This document shows positions 13,191 to 22,042 of a stretch of 64,000 bases of DNA, in pieces (the first letter of the stretch is position 1; the number at the start of each line of letters is the position of its first letter). Source of the stretch: Marsupella aquatica (taxonomy: Eukaryota; Plantae; Marchantiophyta). Location: assembly GCA_973895155.1 (NCBI GenBank), contig OZ316899.1, forward strand, positions 186,001 through 250,000, given 5' to 3'. The notes beneath the pieces were generated by a model. It searched no databases. It was given only the letters and a program-made list of their open reading frames with translations, and had not been told where the DNA came from. The translations under genes and the position numbers were made by a program.

Positions 13191-13686
13191 TCTTCTGACC
13201 ATGTTGTCATTATTATAACAAAAATTAAAGATCTTTATTTAGTCCAATTTCAACTCACAAATTTCCAACCATACTTTGATAACCTACAAGCAATTTTTAT
13301 AGATAATTTTTGGTTACATGCATGAATGATCTTAGTGTACACATATATGACATTGAAATCTACAATTTATTATGTAACCCTGAGGATTATCATTACAATG
13401 ACAATAATTCTTTTGAATCCCATGGGGAAACCTTTGTATTTTATCTCATTCATATCCTTGAAATGGTGTTGCAGAGTTCTTTGGCTCTTCATGTGAACAC
13501 AAAATCAAGGTGTAGGGTGAGCAAATTTTGTAGTAGTGGGTCAGATCTCTGCGTGGGCTCACCAAACTGAAGGTAGGGCTGGTGTCCATCCTATACACAG
13601 TGACACTTCCAATTCATTCCGATTACAGCAAATGTCTTTCCAACATGCCAACTAAACTGCGATGTCGATCTTATTGATTTGTAGGC

Positions 13687-14367
13687 ATGGCACGTAACAA
13701 GCAGAAGGCCAAGAAGCCTAAGACGGAGGTGAGCAACACACAGGTGTCTTGCACAGATTGTGAGAAGTTCTCCAAGAGTCAGGTGTACCAGAAGGCAGCT
13801 CATTGTTGTGCCATTTGTGATGATGGTGGGGGCTTGGTTATTTGTGATGGCCCATGCATGAGACATTTCCACGTGAACCCTGAGTCTAACCTTGCCGTAG
13901 AGAACAACTGTCCAGGGGTGGGCCTCCCCTCTGCACACGAGGGAGCCTGGATGTGCACTGATTGTGTAGAGAAGCAAGCTAAGTGTGCACAGTGTGGGAA
14001 GTTGGGGTCTTATGAGACCTTTGCTGATGCCGGGCTAGTTGTTCAGAAATGCCCTGACAGATTTTGCATAAGATTTTATTGTTTGTCATGTTTGCCTACT
14101 CATGCCACAGTTTGCCCACTTCATACATGCAAGGCATGTGGTGAGCATAATGATGAGTATTGGACAGACATAGTCCATTGTGTTAGATGTCCCACAATGT
14201 GGCATTTTCATTGCTTGAAGGACCTTCAAGCAGAAGGCTATGCTTGTGACAGAGAAATCTATGATCACTCTGCACATGGCGTTGATCGATGGATCTTTTA
14301 TTGTCATCGCCATCCGATTGATCCTACTTTGCGCATTCCTGTCAGAGATCACATATCTTGGCTTTGA
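13687..14367 (+). CDS. stand-alone EDM2-like PHD zinc-finger cluster protein (226 aa)
   Basis: CAICDDGGGLVICDGPCMRHFH; CTDC..KQAKCAQCGKLGS; CP..FC.RFYC..C; CPLHTCKAC; CVRCPTMWHFHCL; WIFYCHRHPIDPTLRIPVRDH. This matches the PHD array and IYC..H.ID..L.TP.RDH tail of plant EDM2. A tttgtag acceptor lies 2 nt before the ATG. Confidence 0.85.
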   Translation: MARNKQKAKKPKTEVSNTQVSCTDCEKFSKSQVYQKAAHCCAICDDGGGLVICDGPCMRHFHVNPESNLAVENNCPGVGLPSAHEGAWMCTDCVEKQAKCAQCGKLGSYETFADAGLVVQKCPDRFCIRFYCLSCLPTHATVCPLHTCKACGEHNDEYWTDIVHCVRCPTMWHFHCLKDLQAEGYACDREIYDHSAHGVDRWIFYCHRHPIDPTLRIPVRDHISWL

Positions 14368-14749
14368 AGCTAAACGAAGTGGGTTGGCAGAGTGCCCCTA
14401 ATGTGGATGTATTGTTTGGAGATTGCAGAAAGTTCATTTTTTATGAGAAGGACCATTGAGATATTAGGCAGCAGTTATCTTGTGCTTACATGTGGCTAGG
14501 TACATGCCACTAAAAACTTACCTTAAGCCTTCTAGGATCTCTTCAGACTGAGCAATCATTTTGAAAATTATAAACTTATTATTATGTGCCTATGAAGTAT
14601 AAGGTTTTTTTAATGGATAACAAATTCTTAATTTGTATAAGTTCTTGATTCTGATTCAATGGGTACTAGTTCTTTATTTATAACATATTTTATATGTGGC
14701 ATCACAAAATAATACTCAAGACACTATCTTCTTTTTGTATTCTATGCAG

Positions 14750-14838
14750 TATCATTCATGGCAATATTTGAACAATATTGAAGCCAGACCCAAGAAAAGA
14801 AGTGACGACTACTTTGGACAAATCAGTACTTTGGAAAG
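14750..14838 (+). other. candidate internal exon (YHSWQYLNNIEARPKKRSDDYFGQISTLE)
   Basis: Pyrimidine-rich acceptor ttctttttgtattctatgcag and donor aag/gtgagc. In the paralogous copy at ~30297 the EARP codons differ only at synonymous positions (gaa/gag, gcc/gcg, ccc/cca) and the donor is kept. Confidence 0.5.
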
Positions 14839-15015
14839 GTGAGCACCTAAACATCAAATTTATCCCTTTTTGTACTCCTAAATCTTGAATGATTCATAAA
14901 TTTAATGATAAAAGTTACAACTTACGGCATTTCGGTACTCAGATCTTAAATGGTTCGTGTATATTTGACCGGAATTGTAATTTTTACTAAATAAATTATT
15001 GTTCTTACATGGCAG

Positions 15016-16380
15016 ATGGGAAAAAGAAAGCGTAATACTTTAAGAAAAAAAGAATTGGGGGAAGATTTTTCTGTGGATGTATTTGTTACAGTGTGGGAAG
15101 ACCTCAAAAAATTAGATACCATAAAATTGAAGTTTGCACTTCATTGGATTCTATGCCATGACAACATCCTTGAACTTTTTGTTAAAAAAGTTCTTAAACT
15201 AGAGTCTTCAAGATTTTCAAGAACACTATTCTTGAATGGGTATCAAAATTGTAGAAGCCATATCATTCAGATCTTTCCTCCTGAGGTGTTCATTGAAATT
15301 GATGACGTCTTTCTTCATCACAGTTTCAGACTAAAATTACCTCAACCTTTGAAAAAATCAATTACCATGTTTTCTAATCTTGACATTAGAAAGCTTAAAC
15401 TTTTTCAAAAAGAAAGAGATAATATTTATAGAAGTGGAGGAACTTATGCCAAAGTTGAAGTAGACGTTCAACGTATTTCCTCTTCAAAACTAAAAACACT
15501 TACGGGTGTAATTTTAGGCGATTGGGATCAAACTACAACAACATTTACCTCTGATCCAAACTTTATTTTCTCAAAATTTCCATCAGACCTCATTATCATA
15601 GAAGAAAAAAAAGGATTTACCTATCTTTTTGATAGGTCTGGAATCAACCCATATTTGATAGCAATGATATTCCATCAAGATATCCTATCACCTGATTCAA
15701 TGATCTTCATTCGAAGATTATTAGAACAATTATATGCTGCCCATCATGTTATCCAAAGAGGGAAAGGAAAAAGATCATGGGAAAGTAAGATGACAGGGTT
15801 TGGTCCTTTTCATAATCCTTACAAAAAAGATCAAAGTTGTGTATCTTTTTATACTCATGAACAAAAGATAAAGACATTCTTCAATCAAGATTGTCCTGAT
15901 GCAGCCAATTTTGAAGACATGGTAGATAAATATTTTCATCGAGAGTTAATCGATATTATACTTGGACTCTACATGTGGTTATGTCCACAAATGTTAGACA
16001 GTTTTTTAGATTATTCTCATCCTTACTTACGTTCAAATGATTATGAGATGAACATATTTGATAAAGCACTAAAATGTAAAGGTCCTAGTGCTTATCAATT
16101 ATATATTAGTAAAGATTATTGTGTAGAAACTCACGCTGATCATGATACAGCAGAATTTACTTTATGTTATGTTAGTCATCCTGATGCCAAAATTTCTCCT
16201 GGAAACTTTATTATTCCAGAGTATGGAATATTATTACCTATTAGAGATGGTAATTTATTTTCATTTCGTAGTGACATTGTCCATGGCACAGGATATAGAA
16301 TTCCAACATCAAATCCTATATACGTAGGAGCTGTTACCATAAACAAAAAATTAGATAGACTTTTACAAAGAAAACATTAA
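15016..16380 (+). CDS. 2OG-Fe(II) dioxygenase, TET/JBP-like (454 aa)
   Basis: C-terminal DSBH signature: KMTGFG; YQLYISKDYCVET-H373-A-D375-HD; GNFIIPEYGILLPIRDGNLFSF; IV-H423-GT. Intronless and visibly AT-rich relative to the flanks. The N-terminus carries a basic NLS-like stretch (KRKR...RKK). Confidence 0.75.
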   Translation: MGKRKRNTLRKKELGEDFSVDVFVTVWEDLKKLDTIKLKFALHWILCHDNILELFVKKVLKLESSRFSRTLFLNGYQNCRSHIIQIFPPEVFIEIDDVFLHHSFRLKLPQPLKKSITMFSNLDIRKLKLFQKERDNIYRSGGTYAKVEVDVQRISSSKLKTLTGVILGDWDQTTTTFTSDPNFIFSKFPSDLIIIEEKKGFTYLFDRSGINPYLIAMIFHQDILSPDSMIFIRRLLEQLYAAHHVIQRGKGKRSWESKMTGFGPFHNPYKKDQSCVSFYTHEQKIKTFFNQDCPDAANFEDMVDKYFHRELIDIILGLYMWLCPQMLDSFLDYSHPYLRSNDYEMNIFDKALKCKGPSAYQLYISKDYCVETHADHDTAEFTLCYVSHPDAKISPGNFIIPEYGILLPIRDGNLFSFRSDIVHGTGYRIPTSNPIYVGAVTINKKLDRLLQRKH

Positions 16381-16852
16381 TAAAAAAGCAAATATATTAT
16401 TTACATTTATAATTATTTTTTATTACTCTAGACAGGTTAAAGTCTGGGTTCTTTAATTTGAGGAATATAGGATCATAGGAAAATGTGTAAGAGTAGGAAT
16501 CATGGCATCTTATGCTAGGAGTGGGAAAACCAGGAGGGTTAAGAGGAGATGATGGTCCAACTTAAGAGGAGGTGAAAAGGACCTAGTAGTGAAAGTAGGA
16601 ATCTCAATGTCAAGTGGATAGTTTTCCTCAAACATGTCATATATCTCCCTTAAGTTCTTACAGATCCTTGAAAGGCCTATAAATACATCATCCATTTTGA
16701 CACTCTCATCCACTACTAGGTAATTTATCTTGGAGAATAGAATGGGAGTGGTATTCTTGACCAAGTATTCATCATGTTGGACCCTAGATATATCATTTAT
16801 TTCATGAAAAGGAGCTTTAGAACCAATTTTCTGGAGGCAACTCCAAGGCTAG

Positions 16853-16873
16853 TTAGGGATTTAGGGTTTAGGG
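16853..16873 (+). repeat. interstitial telomeric motif (TTTAGGG, about 3 units)
   Basis: ttagggatttagggtttaggg followed directly by T8. Confidence 0.8.
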
Positions 16874-17720
16874 TTTTTTTTCCTTCAAAAAAACCATAGA
16901 AACCCACGGGAAGGGGGGCCCAACAGGGCAACAAAAACCGAGGCAGCAAAATGCAAACCTGGTGAGACCAAGGGGTCCAAAGGTGCAAGGGCTCAAAAGG
17001 AGTGAACAAGGTAGGGAAAAGCACTAATCAAAGGAAAATCCTGTTAGCTATGACTGTTTCAACTAGAAAGCCATGCATGATCCGAACGAGTAATCCACCT
17101 AAGACGTTCCTTACTCACCAACTCTTTGACTCTCAATAATCTAGTATGTTTTCTACTGGGACCAGAGGCCTCACAGAGGCCATGCAAGGAATCCAACATT
17201 TCTGAAAGGAGGAGATTCAAGTTGAACCTTCTACTATTAGCACGATTAAAGCGCTGCTCGTTCCATGCTAGCCAAAGAGTCCAAAGCACATGGTAAACCA
17301 CAAAAACACGAATGGTGCCCTCGATTGGAGTGCAGCCAGTGACCTCCACGACAGAAAAAATGTTCAAGTACCGCCAAGAAATAACTCCAAGAAAAGTCCA
17401 CCAAGCTAGCTGCCAACACCTCTTAGCAAAGGGACAAGTGAAGAAAAGATGAGGAGAAAAACACCTCTAAAATATGGGCGCAAAGTAGACAGCTTCCATC
17501 TCCTTAATTTACCAATTCTGCTAGCTTGAACCCCAGTGAATAACCCTTGAGCTGCTATCCTCCAGAGAAAAATGGGGACTTTCAACGGTAAATCAGAAGA
17601 CCAGAGAGCATTCCAGAGTTTGTTCCACTCAAGGTCTAATAAAGAAATGCTCCAAATCCTATTAAGTCTTAGAGAATCAGAGCCTTTCGGTTGAATCACA
17701 GCCTTTCGGTCAAATCAAAG
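16874..17720 (-). mobile_element. 5'-truncated L1-clade LINE (zf-RVT C-terminus, 3' UTR, poly(A))
   Basis: Minus-strand WNKLWNALWSSDLPLKVPIFLWR (zf-RVT) and VLWTLWLAWNEQRFN, frameshifted between 17406-17699 and 17059-17367. A8 tail at 16874-16881. Confidence 0.8.
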
Positions 17721-18317
17721 GTACATGCACGGGCATTGGGCAGGGTGAATCTTGTCAGAAGTTCACATTTGTTAGACTAGAACCATTGGGTTGCACGAGC
17801 TTTGAGGTCTCCTAAGCAATCACCAGTGCCTTTGATTTTGTCCCTAAACTAAGCAAAGTTCTCTCGTAGCATGTTAAGGAGAGCCCTCTACCTCTAAACA
17901 ATGAGATCCTAAACTAACTTCACTCGAAACATCTCTAGGTATGTAAATAGACAAACACTCATCAGGGAGGTCCAATTCTCAATTTCACAAAGAGTAGACA
18001 TAGAAGTAGGCCCTATGGAGATAGATGAAATCAATAGAACGGAGAAACTAGTGAGGAGCAAGAAAACTACTCATACACAAATGGTCACTCCCAAGTTGGA
18101 ATTTTCCAAGTTTTAGAATAGAAAGAAAAGTGACTCTTCCATGGTAATAATGGATAGAAACCAAACAGAGATGAATAATAAGAAAAAAACAACTAATACA
18201 AAGATAAATTGAATTTAGGGGTGAAATGAATACAATGGGCATCATCATACCTCAGAGCTTTGTTCATTATAATCCCCTGGGAAGTCCACATCTAGAGATT
18301 TTGACTTTGATTCTTAT

Positions 18318-19823
18318 CTAAGTGTAATTGTAATCTGTAAACATATCAAAGTGAATTCGCTCCATGGTCGTGTTGTCCCTTTGATCAAGTGCAGCATATC
18401 GAGCTTCCCGGTCTTCATCTACTTGCTCTTGTCTTGCATGACACTGAGCCCATCTTCTCCTACTCATGTCATTCCTAAATGTCATTTGTCTCTCCTCTCT
18501 CTGTCCGGGGGTTTCCTCAACCATACCTTCCTCATTGTACAGTTTATACACACCGGGTCCTCGCTTGTCTGAAAGTTGTAGTTCATCATCAATGTCCTCT
18601 TCTTCCAGGGATTCAGTAATGAGGTAGGACTTACTGACACCTGTAGCACTTCCCCATCTTAGCATAGGTAGCTCACCTTTCAGAAACCCAGCTGCCACCA
18701 TCAAATTGTACATCCTAGCAGCTGAAGGCCCTGCTCGACTAAATAATTTCCACAAATCTAGACCACCATCCTCCATCTCTCCAGTAACTGAGATGCGTAC
18801 ATCTGCTTTCTTGCCTGACCTTCCCACAACTTCGTATAATGTTCTTGTGAAGCAATACCATTTAAAATACCGGGGATCCTTGAGCATGTTGTTGTATGTT
18901 TCAATGTGATGGACACTCCACAACCATTTCTCGATCTGCTCCAAAAAACTTATCTGCTGATTTGTCTTGTAACTAGGTGTCATTAGTATCCGGATACTTG
19001 GATGGTGCTGCCAGATAGAAAAGTAAGTGGGGGTCGCTTCATACATAACAGCTATTCCATCCTGTCCTTCTATGTGATCTCCCTCTCGCACTTGGTAATC
19101 CTGTGGTGGATCATGATATCCCCAAAGCAAAGCGGGACCAAAGTACTTCCCAATATTATAATTATACACACCTAGCTCTAACCATGTAATAACTACTTCT
19201 GTGGGAGTCACTGCTTCCCAATAACTACTTTTCTCCAAGTGAACCAAAGATACATCTTCTGGGTTAAAGGGGTATACATCATTTCTAAAGTAACCCCCTT
19301 GACGAGCCACCACCGCTGGGTCACGCCTCAATTCATAAAAGAACCTCATTGCCAAGTGACTAAGCTCAGGTGCAATTGGTAGATTAAAACTCATCCAATC
19401 ATCAGATACTACTATGTCAGAGGTGAAAAATGGGTTGAATGCTACAGTAACCCCGTCCCTCTCCATCTTCTTCCACTGGGCAGCCTGCAAAAATGTGATG
19501 AGTCGGGGAAGTGTATACTTCCCACAATTGATCCGTACTTCCCGAGCAGCCCACGTTTTCAATATCAAGGGCAACAACTCATATAACTTACTATAAACAT
19601 CTAGACAACATTTTCTCTGGTTATCCCTCTGTGCTAATCCCTCATGAACCATATTAGCCATTGCTTTAAGTGCAATAAAAGTTTCATTTTGAGGATGCTC
19701 CCTTTCTAATTCCGACAACATGAATTGAGCTATTCGACTGTTAGCCCGGCCTCCTAATCTATAAGACAAATCCTCAGGTAATTGTACATTAATATGTCCA
19801 GACCACTCAAAAAAAGGCAGCAT
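18318..19823 (-). CDS. hypothetical protein (501 aa), unrecognised; acidic/charged C-terminus
   Basis: Uninterrupted 1.5-kb ORF with globular-looking composition, starting 68 bp downstream of the 716-aa ORF on the same strand. Confidence 0.6.
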   Translation of the reverse strand: MLPFFEWSGHINVQLPEDLSYRLGGRANSRIAQFMLSELEREHPQNETFIALKAMANMVHEGLAQRDNQRKCCLDVYSKLYELLPLILKTWAAREVRINCGKYTLPRLITFLQAAQWKKMERDGVTVAFNPFFTSDIVVSDDWMSFNLPIAPELSHLAMRFFYELRRDPAVVARQGGYFRNDVYPFNPEDVSLVHLEKSSYWEAVTPTEVVITWLELGVYNYNIGKYFGPALLWGYHDPPQDYQVREGDHIEGQDGIAVMYEATPTYFSIWQHHPSIRILMTPSYKTNQQISFLEQIEKWLWSVHHIETYNNMLKDPRYFKWYCFTRTLYEVVGRSGKKADVRISVTGEMEDGGLDLWKLFSRAGPSAARMYNLMVAAGFLKGELPMLRWGSATGVSKSYLITESLEEEDIDDELQLSDKRGPGVYKLYNEEGMVEETPGQREERQMTFRNDMSRRRWAQCHARQEQVDEDREARYAALDQRDNTTMERIHFDMFTDYNYT

Positions 19824-19891
19824 GAATCTAATCCTTATGGGGACTTCATCCCAAATCTGATCCCAATCTCCAGGTCTGATATCCCTTTTAT

Positions 19892-22042
19892 TTACCTCTG
19901 CATTGGCCGAAGGGTTTCCAGTTCGAGGGCTTCATCAACCTCAATCGGATCCCAACGATCACTCTGCTCTCCAGACATTGTGGTCCAGTGGTTGATGCTG
20001 ATCTTTTTCAGGATCTCAACTCGTTGTTTGTTTATTGGGTCTTTCAAAGCCCCATCCAATAACTTGGTGGCTTTCTTTGCTTCATCTCTCAACTCTTGCA
20101 CTCGAAGTTCCCAAGCATCATAAGCATGTCGTGGTATCCGAACATCCTTAGAATTACATTGCACCAACTCTCGCTGGGCTATTTCACCCAACCACTTCTT
20201 TCTCTCCTTCTCTCTCTGCTTGGCACTTAATTCCAATGTTCGGATATACTCCACCCTCTCGAGGTTTTGCTGCTCCAACTTTTGTAATGCTTCAAAAGTC
20301 AGTGTGAGCTGCTGGGTAGTTTCTTTAAGCGACTTCTCTATCACTGTTATCATCTGAGAGGTATGACCTGCACATTGAGAGTGAGTATGGCATACTTTAG
20401 CAAATTCATCTTCTAATTGCAGCCGCTTCTCCTTTTCTTCTTCATATTGGCCTGAAGCCTCCTTGCTCGCTTTTTGGGCCTCCTTCAATTGTGCATTCAA
20501 CTCTCTGCCCTCTTCTTCAAAGGCAGCTACATACCGACTCAATTCTTCTGCCTTTGTGGTATTCTGAGTGTGTTGCTTCTCTGCTTCCTTCCGGACAGTT
20601 GTCACTTCCTCTATCAGCAAAGTAATCCTTGCCTCTTTTTCTTGGGACTTCATCTCCTGCTCATGCAACATTTGTTCTCGTATCTCCACCTTCTCATTGA
20701 GGAGTCTCACCATCTCCTTGTTTTCCTTCAGCAAACTCTCCAACTTCTCAATCCTCCCTTGGAGCTTAAGGTTGGTGTTGGCGCTTCTGAACATATCTTC
20801 TTCCTGCTGCTTTGCCTTTTCTCTCTCTCTTACCCCAGTTTCTACTTCGAGTGCACAAATGTGGGCCAACCCGTGCACTTCCTTGGCTTGTTGTAACCAC
20901 AAACGTTTGTCAGTTCCTACAGGGAAGGGTCGATTAATAAACTTCATCCTCTGCTCAAAGGAGGTGAGCTCAGACAAGACAACATTTGATAGCAACTCTG
21001 TCAACATTGGTTGATGGTATACATAATCAGATTGGGCAGTCGATGTCATAGCTTCTTCTTCCTCTTTGACCGGGATTATCACTCTCCTTTTCTTTCTTTT
21101 CAAGGACTTAACACATGCATTCCCCTTTATCCTCAATGTGCGTAATCCTTGTGCGCCTTCTTCATCAGAATTGTCCACTTCATCTTCACTGCTTGAGACC
21201 AGGCCCGAGACCAGGGATCCCTTTGGGGCATAGAGTCTCGGATTCTCTTCTTCCCCATCCTCGCTCTCCGACTCCTCCTTTTCTTCTTCCTCCTGATTTG
21301 CCTCCTCTCGCTCCTCTGAATCGCTGTCCTGCAAGGAGATTATTGTTACCCCGGTTGTGACCCTGTCGGCAGTGAGGGCGTGGTCCATCACTACGCTTAA
21401 TACATATGCACAAACTGACGGAAACAATGGTAGCCCCTTCCTGGTTATAACACTTGCAAGGTTGCGCTTCCATATCAACAATGGGTGAAGAGTTCCATCT
21501 AATACTCTCTTGGCAACTGATAGTTGCTCTGGCGTTACATAATGGTACCCACTCTTGAGGATTACCCACTTAGTAAAGAACTCCACATACTTGCGGACCT
21601 CTTGGTTTGTCATAACGCCATATTGGACCTTCTTCTCATGCTGGAGCTCTCCTCCTTGTTTTAGGAAGGCACTCATCTCTCTTCCCGTAAGTGCCTCAAT
21701 TGGATAGTCAGCTGGTAGGCTATCTGGGGCGGAAATCCCAAACAAAGTCGCTAATTCCTTGTTGGGGATGCGGTAGGCTTGTGCTCTGTATGTGATAAAC
21801 ACTCCAGTATCTGCAAAATTGACATCCACAATATCTTTGTAAAGCTGACAAGCACGATCAATTGATACAAACCTATCAATTCGGACAAGCCCATAGCATC
21901 GAGCCCTTTCAAATATCTCTCTGTATTCTTCAATGAAAGCCACCTCAGAGATTGAGTTCCTCAATCTTTCTTCTGGAGTTGATCGAGGTTGTTTATTTTT
22001 GGCTGGAGGGACCTCTACTCGGGTTTGATTTGGAGATGTCAT
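19892..22042 (-). CDS. retroelement accessory-type protein (Transposase_32/PMD-like domain + acidic linker + long coiled coil, 716 aa)
   Basis: N-terminal FIEEYREIFERARCYGL...ITYRAQAYRIPNKELATLFGI...YVEFFTKWV; E/S-rich linker; about 250 aa of heptads. A homologous fragment lies at 49217-49531. Confidence 0.7.
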   Translation of the reverse strand: MTSPNQTRVEVPPAKNKQPRSTPEERLRNSISEVAFIEEYREIFERARCYGLVRIDRFVSIDRACQLYKDIVDVNFADTGVFITYRAQAYRIPNKELATLFGISAPDSLPADYPIEALTGREMSAFLKQGGELQHEKKVQYGVMTNQEVRKYVEFFTKWVILKSGYHYVTPEQLSVAKRVLDGTLHPLLIWKRNLASVITRKGLPLFPSVCAYVLSVVMDHALTADRVTTGVTIISLQDSDSEEREEANQEEEEKEESESEDGEEENPRLYAPKGSLVSGLVSSSEDEVDNSDEEGAQGLRTLRIKGNACVKSLKRKKRRVIIPVKEEEEAMTSTAQSDYVYHQPMLTELLSNVVLSELTSFEQRMKFINRPFPVGTDKRLWLQQAKEVHGLAHICALEVETGVREREKAKQQEEDMFRSANTNLKLQGRIEKLESLLKENKEMVRLLNEKVEIREQMLHEQEMKSQEKEARITLLIEEVTTVRKEAEKQHTQNTTKAEELSRYVAAFEEEGRELNAQLKEAQKASKEASGQYEEEKEKRLQLEDEFAKVCHTHSQCAGHTSQMITVIEKSLKETTQQLTLTFEALQKLEQQNLERVEYIRTLELSAKQREKERKKWLGEIAQRELVQCNSKDVRIPRHAYDAWELRVQELRDEAKKATKLLDGALKDPINKQRVEILKKISINHWTTMSGEQSDRWDPIEVDEALELETLRPMQR

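Noticed and set aside
16510-16764. ORF convergent with the dioxygenase; weak DDV...LSRI similarity to 63380-63652
   Set aside because: The match is too short and lacks the ML.CDP block.
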